A DNA stretch of 46,075 bases, counting the filler, from Candidatus Woesearchaeota archaeon (GTDB taxonomy: Archaea; Nanobdellota; Nanobdellia; SCGC-AAA011-G17; CAYFGV01): NCBI GenBank assembly GCA_964342845.1. It is 7 parts of 7 records of this genome, joined end to end, with 100 filler letters (N's around TTAATTAATTAA, not from the genome) between each part and the next. Parts side by side here need not be neighbours in the genome. Positions count along the whole stretch, not along the records: positions 1 to 8,712 come from CAYFGV010000022.1; positions 8,813 to 16,256 come from CAYFGV010000023.1; 5 more parts are not named here. One strand, written 5' to 3'. The position numbers and the translations under genes are program-made. Shown one piece after another: positions 1 through 9,772 of the stretch. The first letter of the stretch is position 1. Each line of letters opens with the position of its first letter. The notes below the pieces were generated by a model. That model was not told where the DNA came from. It ran no database searches and saw nothing but the letters and a program-made list of their open reading frames with translations.

Positions 1-101
1 TTACTTATCGCTCTTCTAGCTATCTCACTCCATCTTATTTCATTATGGACTTTCATAACTTTATGAATTTCCTCAGGTATAGATAAGGTTACATTTGGCA
101 T
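1..101 (-). CDS. Ribbon-helix-helix (CopG-like) protein, probable antitoxin; 3' end runs off the window
   Basis: Not in the ORF track. Manual translation from ATG at 101 gives [33 protein letters not shown]..., the typical archaeal RHH pattern (beta strand, helix, WSEI/VAR helix). A TATA box lies upstream at about 124-132. Confidence 0.75.
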   Translation of the reverse strand, partial: MPNVTLSIPEEIHKVMKVHNEIRWSEIARRAIS

Positions 102-125
102 ATGTGAAGTATGTGAGAACACATA
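101..125. promoter_or_regulatory. Probable RHH operator: TATGTG direct repeats plus an inverted CACATA
   Basis: TATGTG at 101-106 and 110-115 and CACATA at 120-125, between the TATA box and the start codon of the RHH gene. Confidence 0.5.
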
Positions 126-142
126 TATAAAACTTCCGGTTT

Positions 143-889
143 TCAATTTACAATTCTATAAAACTCCTTAGGAATTAAATTTTCAATCAACTCTTCATCC
201 TCATAAATATTTTTGGCTCCAGGAACAGAAGTAGAATAAATCTCTATAACCCCATACTTCATATCCCACAAACTGACATTGTTAACAAATTCGAAATGCA
301 AATCAATAACATCAGTATAAGGCTCAGGATCAATCTCACCATCTAAATAACCAGGCAACAAAGGATCCAGATTTAAAACATAATACAACTTCAAATCCTT
401 ACGATCACAATAATCAGTAAACCATTCAGAAAATTTAGTATGATCAGTATTACCACTTGCTCCATGAGTATTCTCAAAAGTTATAAACATATCAATCTCC
501 CTTAAAGAAATATATTCATCTAAAAAATTCTCCAACTCAACATATCTTTCAGTCCCAGTATAATCATTCATATGCCACATATAATATTCTTCCAAACCTA
601 AAAACTCTGCATAATCAGCATTGTCCTCAAACCTATCTTCCTTATCAGCCCCTTCAGGAAAAGCACCTGGTTCATCCTTCAAACAAACAACATAAGTTTT
701 CTTACCATAACCAAGAGAACTCAAAGCCAAAAAACCACTAGCCCAAATCTCATCATCACAATGAGGACCTACCCACAAAACACTTTCAGCCTCAACAAGA
801 TCACCAATCAAACTCCTATCACCAAAATCTTCCATACTAACACAACCAGACAATAACAAGACTAAAACAAACATAACTATTTTCTTCAT
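143..889 (-). CDS. PIG-L/LmbE-family deacetylase with lipoprotein signal peptide
   Basis: GPHCDDE (HxDD metal motif), a downstream GNTDH motif, and an N-terminal MKK-hydrophobic-LLSGC lipobox. Confidence 0.75.
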   Translation of the reverse strand: MKKIVMFVLVLLLSGCVSMEDFGDRSLIGDLVEAESVLWVGPHCDDEIWASGFLALSSLGYGKKTYVVCLKDEPGAFPEGADKEDRFEDNADYAEFLGLEEYYMWHMNDYTGTERYVELENFLDEYISLREIDMFITFENTHGASGNTDHTKFSEWFTDYCDRKDLKLYYVLNLDPLLPGYLDGEIDPEPYTDVIDLHFEFVNNVSLWDMKYGVIEIYSTSVPGAKNIYEDEELIENLIPKEFYRIVN

Positions 890-964
890 AAACTAACTTA
901 GTACTCTGAAATATATAAAACTTCCCAAAAACTATATAAACAACCCGATAATTAAAATTCCAAC

Positions 965-2356
965 ATGGATAAAGACCTAGCTAGTTTCGCAATCAAATAC
1001 CTACAAAAGAAGAAAGTAGATTATGCAGAAGCAAGATTAATCACAGAAGAAATAAATAGTTTTATGTTAAAAAATTCCAACCCAGAAATGGCTTACTTTG
1101 ATGAAATTAAAGGCCTAGGAATTAGATTTATAATAAAAAATAATTTAAATTTCGTAGCTTTAAACACACTAACAAAAGAAAAAGTAAAACAAGCAATAAA
1201 TAAAACAATAAAGATGAATAAATCAAAAAATTCAAGCAAACCTGAATTCTCTTCATCAGAAACAAATAAAAAATCCTACAAAGTAACTCAAAAAGTTAAA
1301 CTAAATTCTCTAGACCCAAAAGAAAAACTAAAAATACTTACAGAACTAGACAAGACAATCAAAGAAGCACAATCAAGATACATTTCATTAAAAGACAGTT
1401 ATACTGAAAAATATTTTATAAACACAGAAGGCTCAGAAATATACTCTAAAATACCAAAAATAAAACTATTTTACTTTATAACACTACGCAACAAAAGCTC
1501 AATCCAAAGATACGAACAATTTGGTTCTACATCAGGTTATGAAGTCTTAAAAAAATGGAATTTAAACCAACATGCAGCAAATGAAATAAAAAACTTGAAA
1601 TTAAATCTTGAAAAAGGAGTAAAATCTCCAACAGGAAAACTTGACATAGTAGCTGGTCCAGAAGTTTCAGGAATTATTGCACATGAAGCAGGAGGACACC
1701 CTTATGAAGCAGACAGAATTTTTGGTAGAGAAGCAGCACAAGCAGGAGAGTCTTTCATAAACCCAGAAATGCTTCAAACAAGAATAGGTTCAGATCATAT
1801 TTCAATAATTGATGATCCAACAATTGAAAATAGTTATGGTTTCTATTTATATGACGACGAGGGCGTAAAAGCAAAGAAAAAAGTTTTAGTAAAAAACGGA
1901 ATAATAAATGAATTTTTACATGACAGATCAACCTCAAAACAAATGAACAGATTAAGCAATGGTTCAGCAAGAGCATCTTACTTTAATGTAGAACCAATGG
2001 TAAGAATGTCTAACACATATGTAAAACCAGGTAACTTCAAAGAAGAAGAACTAATTGAAGGTGTTAAAGATGGAATCTACTTAAAGAGTTTTATGGAATG
2101 GAATATTGATGACCTAAGGTTAAATCAAAAATATGTTGGTTGTGAATCTTACCTAATCAAAAATGGAAAAATAACTCAACCAGTAAAGTCACCAATTCTA
2201 GAAATAACAACACCAGTATTATTTTCTTCAGTAGATGCTGCTGCCAACAACCTAAAATTCTTTGTAGGTAACTGCGGTAAAGGAGAACCAGGTCAAACAA
2301 TGCCAGTATGGTTAGGCGGACCTTCAATAAGACTAAGGAATATAGATATAAGATGA
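965..2356 (+). CDS. tldD: TldD metalloprotease subunit
   Basis: AHEAGGH (HExxxH), YDDEG, RMSNT and CGKG motifs; 463 aa. Confidence 0.92.
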   Translation: MDKDLASFAIKYLQKKKVDYAEARLITEEINSFMLKNSNPEMAYFDEIKGLGIRFIIKNNLNFVALNTLTKEKVKQAINKTIKMNKSKNSSKPEFSSSETNKKSYKVTQKVKLNSLDPKEKLKILTELDKTIKEAQSRYISLKDSYTEKYFINTEGSEIYSKIPKIKLFYFITLRNKSSIQRYEQFGSTSGYEVLKKWNLNQHAANEIKNLKLNLEKGVKSPTGKLDIVAGPEVSGIIAHEAGGHPYEADRIFGREAAQAGESFINPEMLQTRIGSDHISIIDDPTIENSYGFYLYDDEGVKAKKKVLVKNGIINEFLHDRSTSKQMNRLSNGSARASYFNVEPMVRMSNTYVKPGNFKEEELIEGVKDGIYLKSFMEWNIDDLRLNQKYVGCESYLIKNGKITQPVKSPILEITTPVLFSSVDAAANNLKFFVGNCGKGEPGQTMPVWLGGPSIRLRNIDIR

Positions 2357-3642
2357 ATATAAAATCAATAAGCAAAAAACTAATTCAGAAAAAAGTAGAT
2401 GACTTTGTTATAATTAAAAATACAACTAGCAATACACAAATTAAATTCGTAAATAATAAAATAGTAAACACAACAACACAAGATATAGAAGCATTAGATC
2501 TTTTTGTAGCAAAAAACAAAAGAATAGCCACAACAGTAATTAAAGATAAATCAAAAATTGATGAAACTATAAACAAACTAATGAAATTTATTGATTCTCT
2601 AAACCAAAACAGAGACTACCAAGGCATAGCTGAAGGACCATTTAAATACGAAAAAATAAGTCATTTCTATGACAAGAAAGTAAAAAGTTTAAATCCAACA
2701 GACTTAGTTGAAGAAGGTATCAATGCAGCTTTAGAAAATGCAAAAAGAGCTTCAGGCTTTTTAGAATCTTCTACATATAAAAGAGCAATTTTAACATCTG
2801 GAGGTGCGAAAAAACAAGAAAAAGGATCTACATTATATTTTACTATTAGAGCACTAATAAATAAAGATTCAACAGGTCATATGACTTCTACTTCAAGAAC
2901 TCTTAAACAATTTAATCCAGAACAAGCAGGAAAAAGAGCAGGAGAAATTGCAAAAATGTCAGTAAATCCAGAAAAAGGAAAACCAGGAAAATATGATATT
3001 GTATTTGGTCACCTACCTATGGCAGATTTTATAAACGAATTAGGAGAAGCAGCATCAATATTTTCAATTGAATCAGGTTTTTCATGTTTAGATAAAAAGA
3101 TAGGTAAAAACCTCGGCAACTTTAGTTTATTAGAATCTGGTAATTTACAGAATGGTCTTTCCTCTACACACTTTGACGACGAAGGAGTTCCAACAAAAAC
3201 AAAAACAATCATCGATGAAGGTGTATTAAAAACTTACTTACATAATACTTCATCTGCAAAAAGATATAACACAAAAACAACAGCAAATGCTGGGTTGATA
3301 ACACCTATGCCTTTTAACCTTATTCTAAAAGGAAAACAAGACAATGTATTCGAAGTAAAAAAAGGATTATACATTACTAATATCTGGTACACTCGTTTTC
3401 AAAACTCTTACACAGGAGACTTTTCCACTATTCCTAGAGATGGTGCATTCTTAATTGAAAACGGAGAAATTACAAAACCAATAAAAAACATAAGAATCTC
3501 TGATAACATTTTAAACATGTTTAAGAATTTAAAATGTCTAAGTGATAAACAACAACAAATAACAAGTTGGGACGCAAGCATTCCTACAGTCACACCAGAA
3601 GTATTAATTGAAGACGTAAATGTAACAAAACCTCATGATTAA
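2353..3642 (+). CDS. pmbA: TldE/PmbA subunit
   Basis: FDDEGVP, YLHN and TTANAG motifs with no HExxxH. ATGA overlap with the tldD stop places the start at 2353. Confidence 0.88.
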   Translation: MNIKSISKKLIQKKVDDFVIIKNTTSNTQIKFVNNKIVNTTTQDIEALDLFVAKNKRIATTVIKDKSKIDETINKLMKFIDSLNQNRDYQGIAEGPFKYEKISHFYDKKVKSLNPTDLVEEGINAALENAKRASGFLESSTYKRAILTSGGAKKQEKGSTLYFTIRALINKDSTGHMTSTSRTLKQFNPEQAGKRAGEIAKMSVNPEKGKPGKYDIVFGHLPMADFINELGEAASIFSIESGFSCLDKKIGKNLGNFSLLESGNLQNGLSSTHFDDEGVPTKTKTIIDEGVLKTYLHNTSSAKRYNTKTTANAGLITPMPFNLILKGKQDNVFEVKKGLYITNIWYTRFQNSYTGDFSTIPRDGAFLIENGEITKPIKNIRISDNILNMFKNLKCLSDKQQQITSWDASIPTVTPEVLIEDVNVTKPHD

Positions 3643-3644
3643 AT

Positions 3645-3911
3645 TCACTTGTAAACATCATCCCTTTTTCTAAATCTCAACAAATTTAATGTTTCCCCAT
3701 CTTCACTCCACTCATATATTAACCTAAAATTTCCTACTCTTTCACTTTGTCTTAATCTCATAACATTCCTCAAATGTTTTGCCCTATCAGGATTTTTAAT
3801 TATTTTCTTTAATTTTTTATATAACGCCTCTTTTGTTGATTTATCTTTCACATGTTTCAAATCTCTAATATAATCCCTTGATTTTTCTATCCTTTTAACT
3901 TTCATTATCAC
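3645..3911 (-). CDS. RelE/ParE-family toxin
   Basis: 88-aa basic protein with RVGNFRLIY and C-terminal RDDVYK, typical of RelE. Overlaps the upstream antitoxin by 4 nt. Confidence 0.85.
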   Translation of the reverse strand: MIMKVKRIEKSRDYIRDLKHVKDKSTKEALYKKLKKIIKNPDRAKHLRNVMRLRQSERVGNFRLIYEWSEDGETLNLLRFRKRDDVYK

Positions 3912-4201
3912 TCCTTAATCCAATCTTCCATTTCTTTAAAGAATTCATCAACACCTACAGACGCACCCTTACCTTCTCTTATCTCTCTCATAGCTTTTTC
4001 TCCTAACTTCATATCGATAATTTGTTCTTTCAATTCATCTAAAGTTTCCATCTTAAATTTATCTAAAGGCCTCAAAATAATTTCATTTTCTCCTTCAACA
4101 ATTAAAACCTTCTTTCCACTATGAAATCCTAGATCTTTCCTCATCTCTTGAGGAATAACAATTTGACCTTTAATCCCTATCTTCCCAAAATCAATTTCCA
4201 T
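3908..4201 (-). CDS. AbrB/MazE/SpoVT-family antitoxin
   Basis: KGQIVIPQEMRKDLG motif, acidic C-terminus, AGGAGG Shine-Dalgarno upstream. Confidence 0.88.
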   Translation of the reverse strand: MEIDFGKIGIKGQIVIPQEMRKDLGFHSGKKVLIVEGENEIILRPLDKFKMETLDELKEQIIDMKLGEKAMREIREGKGASVGVDEFFKEMEDWIKE

Positions 4202-4223
4202 TTTAATTTCCTCCTAAATCTTA

Positions 4224-4245
4224 CTAGTATTACCAGTAATACTAG
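4224..4245. promoter_or_regulatory. Palindromic operator of the AbrB-RelE module
   Basis: Perfect 10-bp inverted repeat CTAGTATTAC-ca-GTAATACTAG, immediately downstream of the minus-strand TATA box (TTTATATA). Confidence 0.65.
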
Positions 4246-4276
4246 ATATATAAATCTTTCTATTTTCTCAAAGAAA

Positions 4277-5674
4277 TCACAAATACTTCTTAACCATTCC
4301 AGCAACTTTCTTCCCATCCACACCTTTAAACTTTCCCATAACAATTCCCATATAAGCTCCCATAGACAAACCTTTCTTCTCTTTAACTAATTTTTTAACA
4401 AAATCTTCTAAAGTATCCAAAGAAACACCTTCGTACTTTTTCAAATTTAAATCACCTTTAATAATATCAGCCAAAACATCCAAAACATTACCTTTAGAAA
4501 TCTTCTCTTCTTTAACCAAAACAAAAACCTTCTTAAAATCTCCAACAGATAACTTACTAACATCCAACCCAAACCTACTTTTCAACTCTTTAGGATATTC
4601 AACTAAAACTTTAGCCATAAAATTATTGTCTAAATCGAAATCAGAAAAATCTTCAAAAGAAATATTTCTTTTAATCAATTCTCTAGCATAATCAGCTTTC
4701 AAACCAAACTCCTTTTCATATTTAGAAGCCTTATCACTAATCAACTCAGGAATTTTAACATTTCCTAAAATTTTTTTATCAATTAAAACACTTTTAACAT
4801 CTGTCTCAGGATACATACGAGCAGAACCAGGCATTGGTCTTAAAAAAGTAGTTGAACAATCAGCATTAACTCTCCTAACTTCAGGCTCTTTAATTCTCTT
4901 TTTCATATGTCTCAGAATTTCCTTCTCAATAACTTTAGGCATCTTACGTAAATCTTGAAAACCTTTTAGCTCAACACGAAAACCATCCTTAATACTTAAG
5001 TTAACATCTTGACGAATAGTACCAATACCTCTTTTAACCTTTCCAGTACTTCTTAAAATCATTCCTAATTTTTCTGCAACTTCATTTGCATGTTCAGCAT
5101 CTTTTATATCTGGCTTAGTCGCTATCTCAATCAAAGGAATCCCTAACCTATCTAAATTAAAATATACTCTTTTAGAATCTTCTTTAATCTTTCTTGCAGC
5201 ATCTTCCTCCAAAGCAACAATATCAATTCCAACTACACCTTTAGAAGTTTCTAACATACCATTTCTTCCAATCAACATAGTTCTTTGAAAACCAGAAGTA
5301 ACACTTCCATTAATAATAGTCTTTCTCATAATTTGAATCTCATCAACAAGCTCCATCTTCAACATCATAGCAACCTGCAAAGCAACATTTAAAGCATGCT
5401 CATTAACTTCATGTGGCGGCTCAGAGTCAAACTCAACTAAACAAGTATTCTCTTCAGTCCCTAAATAAACAAATTCTTTGTCTAAACCACCTTCATACTT
5501 AGCAGCAACATCTACATCATCTGTCTCACCAGCAACAGCAACCATTCTTCTTCTAAATAATTCTTTAGGATTTTTACTCAAAACTCCAGGACACTTACAA
5601 AATAATTTAGCTCCTTCTAACTGTTGATGAATTTCAATTCCACACTTAAAACCAGTCTTTTTATAATCAACCAT
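4277..5674 (-). CDS. gatE: Glu-tRNA(Gln) amidotransferase subunit E (short form)
   Basis: GIEIHQQL, KLFC, SGFQRT, LEEDAAR, LDRLGIPLIEIAT, RGIGTIRQDVN and ARMYPETD motifs. Confidence 0.93.
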   Translation of the reverse strand: MVDYKKTGFKCGIEIHQQLEGAKLFCKCPGVLSKNPKELFRRRMVAVAGETDDVDVAAKYEGGLDKEFVYLGTEENTCLVEFDSEPPHEVNEHALNVALQVAMMLKMELVDEIQIMRKTIINGSVTSGFQRTMLIGRNGMLETSKGVVGIDIVALEEDAARKIKEDSKRVYFNLDRLGIPLIEIATKPDIKDAEHANEVAEKLGMILRSTGKVKRGIGTIRQDVNLSIKDGFRVELKGFQDLRKMPKVIEKEILRHMKKRIKEPEVRRVNADCSTTFLRPMPGSARMYPETDVKSVLIDKKILGNVKIPELISDKASKYEKEFGLKADYARELIKRNISFEDFSDFDLDNNFMAKVLVEYPKELKSRFGLDVSKLSVGDFKKVFVLVKEEKISKGNVLDVLADIIKGDLNLKKYEGVSLDTLEDFVKKLVKEKKGLSMGAYMGIVMGKFKGVDGKKVAGMVKKYL

Positions 5675-5696
5675 ATAAAAACTTTAATTCAAACTT

Positions 5697-6917
5697 TTAA
5701 ATACTTTTTGGCTTAATCAAATAAACTTTATCTCCTTCTCTAACTCTTTCATCAACTTTAAAACTAAACAAACCTTTCTTAACTTCAGAAACATTCTTTC
5801 TATTAAAATCTCTAATCTCCAAAACACTTTGTTTAAAATATCCAGTAGTCTTCCCAATAACACAAATCTCATCTCCAACTTTAAAACCAGAAGATTCAAC
5901 TTTAATTTCAGCAACCTTAACCTTAGAAAAATAATTCGTAATCTTCCCAACATATTCTTTAACTTCAGTAGCTTTAGAACCATAACATTCAGAAAATTCT
6001 TTAAGGGGCTTTCCAAAATAAAATCCATCAGAAAATCCACGATTATAAACCTTAGATAATCTATCATAAAGTTCCTCTTTCAATTCATCAGTAAACTCAT
6101 TTCGAGAAATAGCATCCAAACCTTCTCTATAACATTTAACAACTTCATAAACATAATCAGCAGCTCTTGCTCTACCTTCAATTTTAAAAACATCTATAAA
6201 ATCTAACTTATCTAAAAATTTAATACAACACAAATCTTTAGGACTTAAAATATAATTACTACCAATCTTCAACTCTTTATTTTCTTCAACATCTTTTATC
6301 AAATATTCTCTTCTACAACTTTGCAAACATTCTCCTCTATTAGCAGAACAACCAAACTCAAACAAAGATAAGAAACATCTTCCAGAAACAGAAATACACA
6401 TTGCACCATGCACAAAGCATTCAATCTCCATCAACCTACCAGAAACACCTTTAATCTTTTCTTTTACTATTAGCCCTTTAATTTTTTTAATCTGTTCTAA
6501 AGAAAGTTCCCTAGCTAAAACAACCCTATCACAAAACTTAGAATAAAACCTAACAGCTTCAATATTACTAATAGACTTCTGCGTAGAAACACAAACATTA
6601 ATACCTAACTTATTACATTTCTGAATAACAGCTTGGTCACTTGCAATCACACCGTCAATCCCAACTTGTTTAACTTTTTCTAAAATCTTATCTAACAACT
6701 CCAACTCACCATCATAAATAATAGAATTTAAAGTTAAATAACATTTAACATTCTTACAAATCTCTTTAACTTTCTTCAACTCACTCAAACTAAAATTCTT
6801 AGCCCCTTTAACCCTCATGTTTAATTCATCAACACCAAAGTAGACACTATCACAACCAGCTTTAATTGCTGACCTTAGACATTCAAAATTTCCAGCAGGT
6901 GCCATTAATTCTACCAT
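5697..6917 (-). CDS. Peptidase U32-family Fe-S protein (TrhP/RlhA-like RNA hydroxylase)
   Basis: ELMAPAG, HGAMCISVSGRC, NRGECLQSCR, LSPKDL and KIEGR motifs, plus a C-terminal beta-barrel. Confidence 0.9.
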   Translation of the reverse strand: MVELMAPAGNFECLRSAIKAGCDSVYFGVDELNMRVKGAKNFSLSELKKVKEICKNVKCYLTLNSIIYDGELELLDKILEKVKQVGIDGVIASDQAVIQKCNKLGINVCVSTQKSISNIEAVRFYSKFCDRVVLARELSLEQIKKIKGLIVKEKIKGVSGRLMEIECFVHGAMCISVSGRCFLSLFEFGCSANRGECLQSCRREYLIKDVEENKELKIGSNYILSPKDLCCIKFLDKLDFIDVFKIEGRARAADYVYEVVKCYREGLDAISRNEFTDELKEELYDRLSKVYNRGFSDGFYFGKPLKEFSECYGSKATEVKEYVGKITNYFSKVKVAEIKVESSGFKVGDEICVIGKTTGYFKQSVLEIRDFNRKNVSEVKKGLFSFKVDERVREGDKVYLIKPKSI

Positions 6918-6999
6918 AAAAATAAGAAAAAAACTTAGTTTATAAAGCTTGAGGATTTAAAATCATAAACCTTATATATTTTAAAACCCTCTATAAAAT

Positions 7000-7608
7000 A
7001 TGAAAAAAAGCTACAAAATTCTCGTAGGTCTAAGTTTAGCAGCCACCATTGTTTGGGAAGCAGGAGTTCAAATAAAAGCATCACAACTAGAAGACAAATT
7101 AAAAGAAATCCCTGCTTACACAGAAGCTACTCAACTAGACTATGCTGAATCAGAATTAGAAAAAGCAGCAGCAAATCTTGAGTACAGACCAATTCCAACC
7201 ACAACAGAAAGATCTGGAATACTCCCTCGTCAACAAAAAGCAAAACAAAAAATTGACGAAAGTTTAAAATATACAGAAAAATATGAAGAAATCAATGAAA
7301 ACTTATCTGCTATATCAACAACAATAGACACCACTAAAGGATATTCAAATTTTGCAAGCATACAAAAAGAAGTCAAAGAAATAAGAGAACAAATTATAGA
7401 AAAAAAAGAAAGATTAACAAAAGAAATACCAGAAGAATTACTTTCAAAGAAAAAGGTTTATACTCTTTACAGGCTCCTTCCATTTTTAATTATAGCAGGA
7501 GTAGCTGCAACAAAAACAATTACACAAGGCCTTAAAAGTAAAGGTTTCCATCCAGACAACAGAGATTATAATAATTTTTACCGTGGTCCACCAGGCAGCA
7601 GAATGTAA
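7000..7608 (+). CDS. Hypothetical membrane-anchored coiled-coil protein
   Basis: 202-aa ORF with hydrophobic segments near both termini and a TATA box just upstream; no family recognised. Confidence 0.7.
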   Translation: MKKSYKILVGLSLAATIVWEAGVQIKASQLEDKLKEIPAYTEATQLDYAESELEKAAANLEYRPIPTTTERSGILPRQQKAKQKIDESLKYTEKYEEINENLSAISTTIDTTKGYSNFASIQKEVKEIREQIIEKKERLTKEIPEELLSKKKVYTLYRLLPFLIIAGVAATKTITQGLKSKGFHPDNRDYNNFYRGPPGSRM

Positions 7609-7614
7609 AAAAAC

Positions 7615-8712
7615 CTACGCATTCTCACTCAAACCTTTCCGCTCTCTAATTTGTTTAACAACTTTTTGTTGCAACATTTCAGGAACCTTCTCAAACATTT
7701 GATCAACTACAAAATGACTTCCACGTCCAGAAGTAGCACTTCTTAAATCACCAGTCAACCCAAACATTTCAGCAACAGGTAACTTAGCTTTAACAGTAAT
7801 TCTATCAACAGCTTGATCAACATTCATTAGCTGTCCTCTTTTATTTTGAATTAAAGCAGAAATATCTCCTAAAAAATCAGCAGGACTTTCAATTTGTAAT
7901 AATTGCAAAGGCTCAAACATACAAGCACCCGCTTTTAACATCGCCTCTTTAATAGAATCTCTCACAGCAGGATAAACCTGTGCAGGACCTCTATGAATAG
8001 CATCTTCATGCAACTTAGTATCCATTAAACTAACTTTCATTTTCATCCCAGGCTCTCTAGCCAAAGGACCAGCATTTACCACTTGCTCAAAAGCATCCAT
8101 TACCATTTCAATCACCTCTCCAATATGTACAATACCTCTTGTAGCATCAATTAAAACATTACCTTTAAAGACTTCTCTATAATTCTTAGCAGCCTTAGCA
8201 TCTACACCTAATGAAACTAATTTTTCAACAACAGATTTATCTTTTTTCTTAATCTTTCCTTCTGATAACTCTCCATCTTTAATAGCCTTGTAAATATTAT
8301 CATCCAATGGCTCAACAACAAAATAAAACTTATTATGTTTATTAGGACTTTTACCTTCAACTTCTGGACTCAGCTTAGTAATAGCTTCTCTATAAACAAC
8401 TATAGGGGAAGAAGTCTTAACCTCTAATTGTTTTTCTGATTTAATTCTATTTTCAATAATCTCTAAATGTAATTCACCCATCCCACTCATTAAATTCTCT
8501 CCAGTCTCTTCATTAATCTCAATCTTAATACTAGGATCCTCTTTACCAACCTGTCTCAACACTTCAACTAACCTAGGCAAATCAGAAGCCTTAGTTGCTT
8601 CAATACTTTTTGTAACAACAGGCTCAAAAATATGTTTAATAGCCTCAAAAGGTTCCATTTCATCTGTGGAAATTGTTTCACCTGCAAAAGTATCTTTCAA
8701 ACCTACAATACC
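7615..8712 (-). CDS. fusA: Elongation factor 2, C-terminal half (continues from 15134-16256)
   Basis: GMGELHLE, SPNKHN and the diphthamide loop LHEDAIHRGPAQ. 8658-8712 is the exact reverse complement of 16202-16256. Confidence 0.95.
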   Translation of the reverse strand, partial: GIVGLKDTFAGETISTDEMEPFEAIKHIFEPVVTKSIEATKASDLPRLVEVLRQVGKEDPSIKIEINEETGENLMSGMGELHLEIIENRIKSEKQLEVKTSSPIVVYREAITKLSPEVEGKSPNKHNKFYFVVEPLDDNIYKAIKDGELSEGKIKKKDKSVVEKLVSLGVDAKAAKNYREVFKGNVLIDATRGIVHIGEVIEMVMDAFEQVVNAGPLAREPGMKMKVSLMDTKLHEDAIHRGPAQVYPAVRDSIKEAMLKAGACMFEPLQLLQIESPADFLGDISALIQNKRGQLMNVDQAVDRITVKAKLPVAEMFGLTGDLRSATSGRGSHFVVDQMFEKVPEMLQQKVVKQIRERKGLSENA

Positions 8713-8812
8713 NNNNNNNNNNNNNNNNNNNNNNNNNNNNNNNNNNNNNNNNNNNNTTAATTAATTAANNNNNNNNNNNNNNNNNNNNNNNNNNNNNNNN
8801 NNNNNNNNNNNN
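8713..8812. other. Artificial contig linker
   Basis: N44-TTAATTAATTAA-N44 (stops in all frames). Confidence 0.98.
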
Positions 8813-9110
8813 AATTAAAAAACAAGGTTTAGATATTGATATTAGACATATAATGTTTTTGGCTGATTTGATGACTGCTATTGGAAAGGTTAAAGGAATT
8901 ACAAGAGGTGGTATTACTGGTGGTAAGGAGAGTGTATTAGCTAGAGCAAGTTTTGAGACTCCTCTTACTCATATTGTTAATGCTTCTTTAATTGGTGAGC
9001 AAGATAACTTGAATAGTGTTATAGAAAATGTTATGTTAAATCAGCCTGTTCCTCTAGGAACTGGTTTACCTGGTTTAATTACTAAAGTAAAAAAGGAGTT
9101 AATGAAATGA
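8813..9110 (+). CDS. rpoA2: RNA polymerase subunit A'' (Rpo1C), C-terminal fragment
   Basis: DIRHIMFLADLMT, SVLARASFE and GQPV-like NQPVPLGTG motifs. Confidence 0.93.
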
Positions 9111-9337
9111 AAGACTTAAAGAAAGCTGTGGTTGATAATAAGATAGTTGTCGGTTTAAAGAGCGTTAAAAAAATGATTGGGAAAGTTAAGAAGGTTTATG
9201 TTTCTAGGAATTGTGCAGAGGATTTAAGTGAGTTGTGTAAGCTAGCTGGTGTTGAGCTTAATGTTTTAGATGTTAGTTCTGCGGAGTTGGGGGTGTTATG
9301 CAGAAAACCATTTTCAGTTTCTGCAGTTGCAATATGA
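9107..9337 (+). CDS. rpl30e: Ribosomal protein L30e (short)
   Basis: ELGVLCRKPFSVS motif and the canonical position between rpoA2 and nusA. Confidence 0.88.
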   Translation: MKDLKKAVVDNKIVVGLKSVKKMIGKVKKVYVSRNCAEDLSELCKLAGVELNVLDVSSAELGVLCRKPFSVSAVAI

Positions 9338-9741
9338 AATTAGATACAGAATTAATAAAATTGATCAATCTCTTTGAAGAAGTTACTAAAGCAAAGGTTA
9401 AAGATTGTTTTGAGAATAATGAAAGGTTAGTTTTTGTTGTTAAAGATGTAGATGTTTTGAGAGCTATTGGGAAAAATGCTGCAAATATTAAGAAAGTTGA
9501 AAATATGTTGAAGAAAAGAATAAAGATTGTTGGTTATTCTGAAGAGATTACTAAGTTTGTTCGTAGTTTTATAGCTCCATTAAAAGCGGATAGTATAGAG
9601 TTTGTTGATGGAATTGTTTATATTAAATCTATTGATACTAGGGTAAAAGGTTTGTTGATTGGAAGAAATAAGAAGAATTTAAATAATTTAATAGAAGTTG
9701 CTAAAAAATATTATGAGTTTGAAGATATAAGAGTAGAGTAA
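9334..9741 (+). CDS. nusA: Archaeal NusA (KH domains)
   Basis: AIGKNAANIK and LIGRNKKNL KH motifs; ATGA overlap with rpl30e. Confidence 0.9.
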   Translation: MKLDTELIKLINLFEEVTKAKVKDCFENNERLVFVVKDVDVLRAIGKNAANIKKVENMLKKRIKIVGYSEEITKFVRSFIAPLKADSIEFVDGIVYIKSIDTRVKGLLIGRNKKNLNNLIEVAKKYYEFEDIRVE

Positions 9742-9772
9742 GGTTTAAATATAAGTTTTGTTTTTTGTTTTT

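Noticed and set aside
1755..3593. Short antisense or alternative-frame ORFs here and within gatE, U32, the antiporter, primase, THUMP, gyrA, cdc6 and HAD genes
   Set aside because: They overlap well-supported genes and have the F/L/I/S-rich composition expected of shadows in AT-rich DNA.
965..3642. TldD/TldE as part of a RiPP biosynthetic cluster
   Set aside because: No precursor peptide or YcaO-type gene is nearby, and the pair is widespread in archaea.
7615..8700. Stand-alone truncated EF-2 paralogue or pseudogene (likewise two gyrA genes)
   Set aside because: These are complementary halves of single genes split at contig ends.
8713..8812. Recurring TTAATTAATTAA palindrome flanked by Ns (six copies)
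   Set aside because: Artificial all-frame-stop linker. Adjacency across it, and ORF tails ending in X...LIN, are not biological.
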